Positions 20,585-28,302 of a DNA stretch of 64,000 bases are shown here, piece by piece. How positions within the stretch are numbered: position 1 is the stretch's first letter; every line of letters begins with the position of its first letter. Origin of the DNA: an uncultured Gemmatimonadaceae bacterium (lineage in GTDB: Bacteria; Gemmatimonadota; Gemmatimonadetes; Gemmatimonadales; Gemmatimonadaceae); the NCBI GenBank assembly GCA_963761305.1, contig CAVXGK010000001.1:256001-320000 (forward strand), read 5' to 3'. A program made the position numbers and the translations under genes. The notes beneath the pieces were generated by a model. That model searched no databases. It worked only from the letters and a program-made list of their open reading frames with translations, and was not told where the DNA came from.

Positions 20585-20650
20585 ATGACGAACTGCGTGC
20601 TCAACCGAAATTGCGGGAATAATCGGAGCTCCTCGCGGAAAGCTGGCTAG
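20585..20650 (+). CDS. Putative leaderless Asn-rich leader peptide MTNCVLNRNCGNNRSSSRKAG
   Basis: 5 of 21 codons are Asn (AAC, AAC, AAT, AAT, AAT); lies at the predicted TSS, upstream of a terminator and tRNA-Asn. Confidence 0.65.
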   Translation: MTNCVLNRNCGNNRSSSRKAG

Positions 20651-20714
20651 GGCGCACTCGGCAGTTTGTCAGGGACGAGGCCCGCCAGAAGTCATACGGT
20701 GGGCCTTTTGTTTT
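20643..20714 (+). promoter_or_regulatory. Attenuator: antiterminator versus intrinsic terminator
   Basis: Terminator AGGCCCGCC (20678-86) / GGTGGGCCT (20698-706) plus TTTGTTTT; alternative pairing CTGGC-TA-GGGC (20643-53) with GCCC-GCCAG (20680-88). Confidence 0.65.
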
Positions 20715-20737
20715 GGCAGGTTGGTCGAGGGAAGCAT

Positions 20738-20810
20738 TGGGGCGTAGGTCAATTGGCAGACCGCCTGACTGTTAATCAGGAAGTTGGTGGTTCGAGTCCA
20801 CCCGCCCCAG
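20738..20810 (+). tRNA. tRNA-Asn (GTT)
   Basis: Cloverleaf: acceptor TGGGGCG/CGCCCCA with U1-A72, D-arm GGTC/GACC, anticodon stem CCTGA/TCAGG with loop CTGTTAA, T-arm GGTGG-TTCGAGT-CCACC, discriminator G; CCA not encoded. Confidence 0.97.
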
Positions 20811-20847
20811 TATCAGCAAGACCAACAATCTGAGAACGTTACGGACT

Positions 20848-20878
20848 AGCCCCGGCGCGCTTCAGCGCCGGGGCTTTG
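20848..20878 (+). terminator. Intrinsic terminator after tRNA
   Basis: AGCCCCGGCGC / GCGCCGGGGCT perfect 11-bp stem plus TTG. Confidence 0.75.
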
Positions 20879-21134
20879 TCGTTGAATCCCGTTGCGGAGG
20901 TCAGCCTCGATGAAGCCACCTCGAGTGCGTGTTACCCAACGCGTAACAATTGTGAAGCAAACCACGAGTCGGTGCGATTCACCAGTAGAGGGGCTCGTCT
21001 CACCAATTCCCGCGCCCTGATTCAGCCGGTCAAATCGTCCACCTCAGACCGTTGCCGTTCTATCCAATCGCCGAAACGTCGAATCAATCATCCTGAACGT
21101 CGCATTCACACGCCGCACTGTGGAATCTCTCGCT

Positions 21135-21372
21135 CTTCCCACGCCATCTATGCGTGTTCCCGCGACACCAACCATTGCTCCGCTCGTACCTCGCACCTCG
21201 CCCCCGAGATCTCTCGCTGTTCCCGTCACGCCACACGTCGTTCCCGTGGCATTACACATCGTTCCCGCAGCATTACACATCGTTCCCGCCGCATTACCCG
21301 TCGTTCCCGTCGAAGCTCACGCCGCGGACATGGCGCCTCACCGCGTTCCCCTCGCTTCTCATGACGTTTCCA
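21135..21372. repeat. Degenerate 21-bp-period tandem repeat
   Basis: GTTCCC-like hexamer recurs at 21135, 21156, 21219, 21240, 21261, 21282, 21303, 21345 and 21366 (multiples of 21); core units such as GTTCCCGCAGCATTACACATC. Confidence 0.8.
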
Positions 21373-21629
21373 CGCCATCACAAGGAGATACCACACCATT
21401 TCCACATGATTCGCTCGCATTGCAGCTCGTGACGCTCGCTTCAACCAAGGCGAACGTCGCTGCAACAAGTCCGACGATCACCCCACGCGATGCGCCGCGC
21501 ATCGCTACGGACTCGAACGGGACTTCTCACCTTCGAACCCTCATTCCAACAGGTTTAGACGCGGCGTCAACAACACTTTTCCACGGGATCAACGCTGTTC
21601 ACCCATTCATTTCATTCCAAGGAGCACAT

Positions 21630-22421
21630 TTGAAAAACACGCAGGAGCAGGTTTACAACACGGGTCGTCGCGTCCAGGCTTTCCTCGACGCCAACGACTC
21701 GCTCTTCGGTAGCATCAACAAATCCAGCATACGGTCTGAGCTCGACACCGTCGTGACCGAGCTGGGTGCCGCCGCCGGCGATCAGGCCGGCGGGTTGGTC
21801 AACGCGCGTGGCGAGACGGCCAAACAACGGACTCTTCGTCTCGCGCTGCGGCTCAACCACATGCAGCCAATCGCTTCCGTCGCCAAGCTCAAGTTGCGGA
21901 CCGTCCCCAACTTCGAGTCTCTGACGATGCCTAGCGTCAACGTCCGCGTCGCCGGTTTGATCGCGCACGCGCTGGGTATGGCCGACGCTGCGCAGCCCTA
22001 TGTACAGGTATTCATCGACGCTGGTCTGCCGTCGGACTTCATGACGGCGCTGACCGCCGCGGCGGCGGCCGTCCAAGCGTCCGTCGACACCCGCGCAAAG
22101 TCACTCGGCAAAAGGGCCAACGCCACCGGTTCGCTCAAGGAGCTCGATCGCCGAGCGCGAACGGTCTACAAAGCGCTCAACGACTTCGTCGTCCCGATTC
22201 TCTCGGCCGACGTCGCGCACAGCGGATTGCTGGCCGAGTGGAAGACGACGCGCCGCGTCACGCTGCGCCCGGGCCCGACGATCGGAGTTGAACAGCTGGT
22301 GCGGGCGCTCGGTGGGGTGCCCATGCCATCGACATCCACATCGCCGACCACGCGGTCAGCGCCGGCTGTCGTTCCGCCGCCGGTTGCTCACCCGGTCGCG
22401 CCCCAGCTGACGACGCCGTAG
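21630..22421 (+). CDS. Hypothetical alpha-helical protein with Pro-rich tail
   Basis: AGGAG RBS then TTG at 21630; normal codon usage from here on; upstream part of ORF 21120 is repeat-derived. Confidence 0.7.
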   Translation: MKNTQEQVYNTGRRVQAFLDANDSLFGSINKSSIRSELDTVVTELGAAAGDQAGGLVNARGETAKQRTLRLALRLNHMQPIASVAKLKLRTVPNFESLTMPSVNVRVAGLIAHALGMADAAQPYVQVFIDAGLPSDFMTALTAAAAAVQASVDTRAKSLGKRANATGSLKELDRRARTVYKALNDFVVPILSADVAHSGLLAEWKTTRRVTLRPGPTIGVEQLVRALGGVPMPSTSTSPTTRSAPAVVPPPVAHPVAPQLTTP

Positions 22422-22444
22422 GGTCGGCAAGACGTAGCACCTGA

Positions 22445-22486
22445 TTCCGTGCGAGCGGTACGCGCGCTACCGCTCGCACGACGGAA
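22445..22486. terminator. Long perfect hairpin after the 21630-22421 gene
   Basis: CGTGCGAGCGGTA (22448-60) / TACCGCTCGCACG (22468-80). Confidence 0.55.
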
Positions 22487-22489
22487 GGA

Positions 22490-22532
22490 CCAGCAGTCGT
22501 ACGGTGGGCCTTTTGTTTAGGTCGGTTGTTCG
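22490..22532 (+). repeat. Degenerate copy of the tRNA-Asn upstream/attenuator segment 20685-20727
   Basis: 37 of 43 positions identical by manual alignment. Confidence 0.8.
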
Positions 22533-22607
22533 GAGCGGCAACATCGGTCGGCCAGAGACTCTCTGTCGGCCCTTCTTGTCCTTTGCGCAGACTACATAAA
22601 GTGTGAT

Positions 22608-23084
22608 ATGTTCTCGATCATGCGAACCCTGTCGCCGCTCTTCGTCCTGGCCGGTCTCGCCGGCTGCGGGCAGCACGGTGCCTCGGCCCCCACTCCCCAA
22701 GCGTCGCGAGTGGGGATCTATCACTTCACCGAGCATCCTCTTCAATCGAACCAGTCGTTTGAGGGCCGCGTCGGCGTGACGAAGGACACGATTGTCATTG
22801 AATCCGACTTGGCTCCTTGCATCTACGATTCGCGAAGCGCCGCCGGCTCCGCGGTCATCTATCAATGTGGACCGGTGACCGTGTCGTTCAGGCGATCAGA
22901 CCCTATCGCTACCGCCAGGTACACCGTCACTACGACGGTCGTGGACCACCAGATGACGTGCGTGCGATACACGACCGATGCGTCGGGACACCAGACCTGC
23001 GCCCAGCAGCGGAGCGAAGCGATCGAGCGACAGGTTCCAGTGTCGGGAACGTTGCATCTCGAGCTCACGGTCAAGCCCGACTGA
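22608..23084 (+). CDS. Hypothetical Cys-containing lipoprotein (paralog 1)
   Basis: Lipobox 'LAGC'; 4 further Cys; clearly homologous to 24927-25397. Confidence 0.8.
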   Translation: MFSIMRTLSPLFVLAGLAGCGQHGASAPTPQASRVGIYHFTEHPLQSNQSFEGRVGVTKDTIVIESDLAPCIYDSRSAAGSAVIYQCGPVTVSFRRSDPIATARYTVTTTVVDHQMTCVRYTTDASGHQTCAQQRSEAIERQVPVSGTLHLELTVKPD

Positions 23085-23186
23085 CGACGAGGCGCCGTCG
23101 GCGCGCGATGGCGCGTAGATTCGCGCGCGGGGATTGCCGGACTCGAATTCAGCCACGGATAGGCTGGTCCAGCGCGGGGGAGCGGC

Positions 23187-23711
23187 GTGCCCGATTCGAG
23201 AAACACGAAACTGCTCGTGGTCAGCCTCCTCGCGGTTCTGTGCGTCCAATTCGGTGTCGCGTACTACTGGAGCGAGCCCTACCCGGCGGTGATCATGCCG
23301 GGCTTCGTCGGGAGTCTCACGACCACCGGCATGACGACCATTCGCGGCTATCGCGTGGTTGCATCACGATCGTCCGGTTCCGACGTAGTTCTGGACGCCG
23401 ACAAGTTCTTCAAAGGCGTTCCGCATTGGTATCTGCTGACTGACATGCCGTTCGTGCTCGACACGACCCCTCCCGCGCCTTCGGGATGGCCTCGTCTTCG
23501 CGCGCGATTCGGGCGTCGCTCGAAGCTTCGGTCGGACGCCGGCACGCCGGCGTTCGTAGCCTACGCGCAGCGGCGCCTGGCGGAGCTGACCGATCGCTCT
23601 GACTGGGAGAGCCTCCGCATCGAGGAGACGAGCCGCGATCTCGACATCGACCAGATGAGCTACGTCGGGCCCGCCCGCGTCGATCGCAGCCGGGAGTTTC
23701 GTCTCCGGTGA
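23187..23711 (+). CDS. Hypothetical membrane-anchored protein coupled to the HTTM-like gene
   Basis: N-terminal TM then 'EPYPAVIMPGF'; stop overlaps the next start. Confidence 0.65.
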   Translation: MPDSRNTKLLVVSLLAVLCVQFGVAYYWSEPYPAVIMPGFVGSLTTTGMTTIRGYRVVASRSSGSDVVLDADKFFKGVPHWYLLTDMPFVLDTTPPAPSGWPRLRARFGRRSKLRSDAGTPAFVAYAQRRLAELTDRSDWESLRIEETSRDLDIDQMSYVGPARVDRSREFRLR

Positions 23712-24856
23712 TGACTGGTGCTCCCTCCGTTCCATTGGATCGACCCCAATCCTGGTTGGACCGCGAGTACCGCGTCGGCGACGAACAACTTGGATTCATC
23801 CGCGTCCTGTACTGCGCGTTCGTGCTGTTCGTGATCGGCCTTCCCTCCGTCACATGGACCGCCGACAGCCCGCAGCTCTTGTTCGATCCGCCGTTCCTCA
23901 GCGCCGCCAACCTCCTCTCGGGTTGGCCCTCGTCCGGAACGCTGTGGATCCTGAGCCTGGTGCTGGTGATTCTTTTCCTGCTGTTGTTGTTCGGGTTCTT
24001 CGTGCCGACGGTGTCCGTGTTGGCGTCACTGTTGATGATCGCCGGCTCGAATCTTCAGTTCTCATACGGGAAGATCGATCACAACAACATCCTTCTCGTC
24101 CTGACGCCGTTGATCATGGCTCGTTCGGGATGGGGCAACCGGTACACGCTCGGTCAGTCGCCGCCGACGCCAAATCGGTCGGGCGCTTGTATCGGCGTGC
24201 TATCCATCGTCGTCGGTTTTGCGATGTTTACGGCTGGATTCCAGAAGCTGGCCACCGGTTGGCTCGACATCCGGACCCAGGCGAGTTACGGCCATTTCAT
24301 TCACGATTTCTATTCGGATTCGCGTCAGGCGCTTCTCGCTCCGATCGCGATACACGTCCGGTCCAAAGCGTTCTGGGAGGGCCTCGACTATTCGACGGTC
24401 GGCTTCGAGCTGTTGTTCATCGTCGCCGTGATTCGACGGTGGTTGTTTCGAGCCTGGATTGGGCTCGCGGTCCTCTTTCACGCCGGCGTTCTCCTGATAC
24501 TCAACATCGGATTTTCCGTAAACTTTGCCGTGTATCTGTTCTTCGTCGACTGGCCGTTGCCGCGCCAATTCGCGCTGTCGGGGAGAATGGCGCGGCTTCT
24601 CGCGGCCGGCATTTCGGCGCTCGTGCTGACGGTTTGGTGGATGAGCGTTGGACCGGACCAGCCGCTGTTCTTGCGGATGTCGCCATCGCTTGCGAAGTAC
24701 GTCGTCTCGCGCCTTGTCGCGCCAGCCAACATAAACGACACGACGCTGGAGATCTTGCCGACCTTCCTCGCCATTGTGGCCGGGGTGGCGCTGATCGTTC
24801 GGCGTACAACAGCGTCCTCGAAACTGGGCGCGTTGGAGACTGTCGACACCGCGTGA
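23708..24856 (+). CDS. Polytopic membrane protein, HTTM / vitamin K-dependent carboxylase-like
   Basis: 'LGFIRVLY', 'YGKIDH', 'AGFQKL..GW', 'FELLF', 'FHAGV...LNIGF' pattern; about 9 TM segments. Confidence 0.65.
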   Translation: MMTGAPSVPLDRPQSWLDREYRVGDEQLGFIRVLYCAFVLFVIGLPSVTWTADSPQLLFDPPFLSAANLLSGWPSSGTLWILSLVLVILFLLLLFGFFVPTVSVLASLLMIAGSNLQFSYGKIDHNNILLVLTPLIMARSGWGNRYTLGQSPPTPNRSGACIGVLSIVVGFAMFTAGFQKLATGWLDIRTQASYGHFIHDFYSDSRQALLAPIAIHVRSKAFWEGLDYSTVGFELLFIVAVIRRWLFRAWIGLAVLFHAGVLLILNIGFSVNFAVYLFFVDWPLPRQFALSGRMARLLAAGISALVLTVWWMSVGPDQPLFLRMSPSLAKYVVSRLVAPANINDTTLEILPTFLAIVAGVALIVRRTTASSKLGALETVDTA

Positions 24857-24880
24857 TGGCGATCACGTGGGAGTCCCGGA

Positions 24881-24928
24881 GACTCTGACCGTTAGGCGGT
24901 GCTGGTTCGAGTCCACCCATTCCAGTAT
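24881..24928 (+). pseudogene. Degenerate 3' fragment of tRNA-Asn (att-like direct repeat)
   Basis: TGGTTCGAGTCCACCC-att-CCAGTAT (24903-28) versus tRNA 20788-20813, 23 of 26 identical; preceded by CTGACCGTTA versus tRNA CTGACTGTTA. Confidence 0.75.
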
Positions 24929-25397
24929 GTTCTCGGCCATGCGAACCCTGCTGTCGCTGGTCTCGCTGGCCGGTCTCGCTGCGTGCGCACACCGTGGCGC
25001 GCCGGATCCCGCTCCCCAGACGTCGCGGGTAGGGATCTATCGCTTCACCGAGCATCCACCACAATCGAAACAGCCGTTTCAGGGCCGCGTTGGCGTGACG
25101 AACGACACAGTGGTCGTTGAAACCGAATCGGGTCCGTGCCTGTACGATCCCCACAGCCCCGCCGGTACCACGGTCATTTATCATTGCGGCGACATCACCG
25201 TGTCGTTCAACCGAACCAACCCCGTCCTCACTGCCAGGTACACCGTCAATACAACGGTGACTGACCAGCAGGCGACGTGCGCGCGACGCACGAGCGATTC
25301 ACGACAGACGTGCATCCAGCAGCGGAACGATCCGATCGAGCGGCAGGTTCCGGTCACGGGAACGCTTCACCTCGAGCTCGTCATAAAGCCGGACTGA
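24927..25397 (+). CDS. Hypothetical Cys-containing lipoprotein (paralog 2)
   Basis: Lipobox 'LAAC'; same 4 Cys; shared ends 'MFS.MRTL' and 'GTLHLEL..KPD'. Confidence 0.8.
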   Translation: MFSAMRTLLSLVSLAGLAACAHRGAPDPAPQTSRVGIYRFTEHPPQSKQPFQGRVGVTNDTVVVETESGPCLYDPHSPAGTTVIYHCGDITVSFNRTNPVLTARYTVNTTVTDQQATCARRTSDSRQTCIQQRNDPIERQVPVTGTLHLELVIKPD

Positions 25398-25538
25398 GGC
25401 CGCTCCGCGACCCGCCGGCGCCCTTTCCGGCCGCCGAGCCAGCCACCGGGCTCATCCTCGAGCACGGTGGCGCACGCCTTGCCGACCAAGCTTGTCCGTC
25501 AGGCGTGCCCGCCTCACCAATCTCGCCGGAGAACTCAC

Positions 25539-25961
25539 ATGCGTCGATTGATGCTGCTCGCGCTTCCGTTCGCGCTCCTCGCGTGCGGAAGCGACAACGA
25601 CACCTCCACCTCAGTGACCCTCGCGTCGCTCGCCGGCGTGTGGAATCTGCAAACCGCGAACGGCGCGGCGCTGCCGTTCACGATCTCGAACAGCGGAGGC
25701 GTCAAAACCGAACTGCTCAGCATCAGCGAGACCGTCCTGGCGACCGGTGCCTTCTCCGGGACCGAGGTGACTCGGATAACGGCGGGCACCACCGTGACCG
25801 TGGATACCCTTCCGTCGGCCGGGACGATTTCGCTGAGCGGCACCCTCGTGAGCGTGAGCCTCACCGGCTCCGCGACCGCCAGCGGGACGTTGGTCAGCAG
25901 CACGTCGTTCTCCTTTACCGATCCGGTGACCCTCGCGTTATTCGTATTTGTAAAGCAATAA
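25539..25961 (+). CDS. Lipoprotein, lipocalin-like beta-rich
   Basis: 'LLAC' lipobox; 'LAGVWNLQTANGAALP' GxW motif; GGAG RBS. Confidence 0.75.
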   Translation: MRRLMLLALPFALLACGSDNDTSTSVTLASLAGVWNLQTANGAALPFTISNSGGVKTELLSISETVLATGAFSGTEVTRITAGTTVTVDTLPSAGTISLSGTLVSVSLTGSATASGTLVSSTSFSFTDPVTLALFVFVKQ

Positions 25962-25973
25962 CGTCTCAGGCGC

Positions 25974-26005
25974 GCGCACGCCCTTGCGAGGGCGTGCGCC
26001 GTTTT
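25974..26005 (+). terminator. Intrinsic terminator
   Basis: GCGCACGCCCT-TGCG-AGGGCGTGCGC plus CGTTTT. Confidence 0.75.
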
Positions 26006-26038
26006 ATAACGTGCGACGTCGTGACGCCGCCCCGTCGC

Positions 26039-26746
26039 ATGTTCCCATCGATTCGAGAAGTGGTGAGCGCCATCGGCTTGAGCCTCGCGCTCGCGGCGGC
26101 TGTCCCCGCGCAGTCGCTCAACGCGCCGGCGGACCCGCATCGGAATTCGGTCGCCCTTTCGCTCGACGCCGGCGGATTTCCAGACGCCTTTTCCACGCGC
26201 TGCGGCGATCTCACGGGCGCGGGCGGCGGTGGCTTCGGCGCCGGACTCTCGGTGATCCATCGGCCGCGACCGACGTTCTTCGTCGAGGGCGAGCTTCGCG
26301 GGAGCTGGGAGCCTGACGTGTTCGGCTGCGACTTGGTGCTGCCCATCGAGCAGGTCTCGCCCGGCGTGTACGAGACGCGCCCTGGCTACGCTCCCGTCGG
26401 CGGCACGCCAGGCTTGCCGTTGTTTCGCACGCTGTTTCGCGCCGGTCTGGAAACGCCGCCCAACATCGCCCCGATCCTGCGCGCGACGCTGGGCGGAGGA
26501 ATGATCTGGAGCGGCCGTCCGACACCGCTCGGCTCTCTCGCGCTCGCGGTGAGCAGCAGCAATCGTGGGACGCGCGTCTACGCCGAATTCGAGGAGAACG
26601 TCGCGCGCGTCCGCGGCTACGAGACCCGCGATCGCTTTCGCGCCGACTCCACCGGCGAAACGCCGCTCGGCGCCGTCGTCGTGGGCAAGACGGCGGCAGC
26701 GACCTGGGGAACCCTCCACATCGGCATCGAGATGCCGGTCCGCTAG
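26039..26746 (+). CDS. Hypothetical secreted / outer-membrane beta-rich protein
   Basis: Signal peptide ending AVPA; amphipathic beta strands. Confidence 0.6.
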   Translation: MFPSIREVVSAIGLSLALAAAVPAQSLNAPADPHRNSVALSLDAGGFPDAFSTRCGDLTGAGGGGFGAGLSVIHRPRPTFFVEGELRGSWEPDVFGCDLVLPIEQVSPGVYETRPGYAPVGGTPGLPLFRTLFRAGLETPPNIAPILRATLGGGMIWSGRPTPLGSLALAVSSSNRGTRVYAEFEENVARVRGYETRDRFRADSTGETPLGAVVVGKTAAATWGTLHIGIEMPVR

Positions 26747-26756
26747 GCCACGCGCG

Positions 26757-26966
26757 TCACACGGCCTTGAGACGCCCCTCCAGGTACCCGAGCACCGTCA
26801 TCCCGAACAGCACTCCCGCGAGCGCCGCGCCGCCGAGCGCCAGCGCCCATCTCGGGTAGCCCCGGCCCACCGTAAACAACAACGCGACCCCAACGAGGGT
26901 CGCGTCGATGAAAATCCCGAGTACTGCTCCCGAGAACGCGCTCCACCAGATGACGGATGCGCGCAT
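26757..26966 (-). CDS. Small two-TM membrane protein
   Basis: 69-aa hydrophobic ORF directly downstream of the LDT gene. Confidence 0.55.
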   Translation of the reverse strand: MRASVIWWSAFSGAVLGIFIDATLVGVALLFTVGRGYPRWALALGGAALAGVLFGMTVLGYLEGRLKAV

Positions 26967-26980
26967 GGTGTCGTGCGCGA

Positions 26981-27538
26981 TCAGGGCTTGATCAGAATCG
27001 GCGCGCCGCGTGGGACCGCGGTGAAGATCTCGTCGATCTCCACGTCCGTCACCGCGATGCAGCCTTCCGTCCAGTCCTGATCCGCCTGCGCCGCGCCGAC
27101 GGTCTTGTAGCCCGGCGGCAGCCCGTGGATCATGATGTCGCCGCCCGGCGACACGCCGAGTTTCCTCGCCTGCTGCGCATGCGGCGCGTCCGGATAGGAG
27201 ATGTGCAGCGCAAGATGATACTTGCTCTGGTCGTTCTTGTAGTCCACGCGATACAGCCCTTCGGGCGTGCGGCCGTCGCCACGCTTGACCTTGTCGCCGA
27301 CGGGCTGGGCACCGAGTGCGACCCGGTACATGCGAACTGGAATGCCTGTTTGGTAAAGCGTGAGCGTCCGCTTGGTCTTGTCGACGACGATGCTGTCGGC
27401 AATGATGTGGCTACGGACGCCAGTGACCGGCGTACGGGTCACCGTGGGCGTGCCCGACCGGACGATCACGAGCGCCGAGTCCGCCCTTCCGGACGGGATC
27501 ACGAGAGCAGCGGCGAGACCGATCAGTGGAAAGAACAT
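26981..27538 (-). CDS. L,D-transpeptidase (YkuD family)
   Basis: 'GDGRTPEGLY', 'ISYP', 'IMIHG', 'WTEGCIA'. Confidence 0.92.
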   Translation of the reverse strand: MFFPLIGLAAALVIPSGRADSALVIVRSGTPTVTRTPVTGVRSHIIADSIVVDKTKRTLTLYQTGIPVRMYRVALGAQPVGDKVKRGDGRTPEGLYRVDYKNDQSKYHLALHISYPDAPHAQQARKLGVSPGGDIMIHGLPPGYKTVGAAQADQDWTEGCIAVTDVEIDEIFTAVPRGAPILIKP

Positions 27539-27666
27539 GCGACCGATACCAGCAACAGGTGGGACGCGCCCAGCCTCTGACGCGTGAGATCACGAATGAT
27601 GCCGGAATATACGGTTGCGCGCGCCGAGTGTTCCAGGGACGGCTCGTCGTGGCGGGCCCAGGCGCC

Positions 27667-28218
27667 TCACGCCCCTTTCTTGAGCCTCTGCAGGTACGCC
27701 TTCCTCACCTTCGCGACTTTCGGCGCGATCACGATCTGGCAGTAGGGCTGATTCGCGTTGTTCGCGTAGTAGTCCTGATGGTATTTCTCCGCCGAATAGA
27801 ATGCCGACGCCGGCACGAGCTGCGTCACGATCGGTTCGCTCCACACGCCTTGCTTGCTCAACTCCGCCATCACTGCCTCGGCCGTTTCCTTCTGTTGGCG
27901 CGAGTGATATAGGATGATCGACCGATATTGCGTGCCCACGTCCCCACCCTGCCGATTGGGCGTCGTCGGGTCGTGGATGGTGAAGAAAACGCCGAGCAGA
28001 TCCTTGTACGAGATCTCCTTGGGGTCGAACGTCACCTGAATCACCTCGGCGTGTCCGGTGAGCCCGGAGCAGACGTCGCGGTACGACGGATTGAGATAGT
28101 CGCCGCCCGCGTAGCCCGACTCGACGCGCTCGACACCCCGCAGCTCACGGAAGACGGCGTCCAGACACCAGAAGCAGCCGCCGCCCAGCGTTGCGATTTC
28201 GCTTGTGTGTTCGCTCAT
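27667..28218 (-). CDS. msrA: Peptide-methionine (S)-S-oxide reductase
   Basis: 'GGGCFWC', 'GHAEV', 'QGGDVGTQYRS', 'AEKYHQDY'. Confidence 0.95.
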   Translation of the reverse strand: MSEHTSEIATLGGGCFWCLDAVFRELRGVERVESGYAGGDYLNPSYRDVCSGLTGHAEVIQVTFDPKEISYKDLLGVFFTIHDPTTPNRQGGDVGTQYRSIILYHSRQQKETAEAVMAELSKQGVWSEPIVTQLVPASAFYSAEKYHQDYYANNANQPYCQIVIAPKVAKVRKAYLQRLKKGA

Positions 28219-28302
28219 GATTCCTGTTCCTCGCCTCCGCAAGTTAGCCTCTGGGGGAATCCCGGCCTTGCCGGCGACCCGGGACGCGTGCATGCTCCGC
28301 GC

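Noticed and set aside
20581..20675. Long stem-loop considered as SRP RNA, 6S RNA, T-box or a c-di-GMP riboswitch
   Set aside because: It lacks their conserved motifs (SRP GGAA domain IV, T-box UGG bulge, GEMM motif) and is too short for 6S; the attenuator model explains the pairing better.
21135..21372. Possible CRISPR array
   Set aside because: Contiguous 21-bp units with no unique spacers, and no cas genes in the window.
21120..21629. N-terminal 170 aa of the 433-aa ORF as real coding sequence
   Set aside because: It is repeat-derived with atypical codon use, and a strong RBS plus TTG lies at 21620-21632; kept only as an alternative in the findings.
20811..25400. Prophage or active integrative element
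   Set aside because: No integrase, transposase or phage structural genes are visible.
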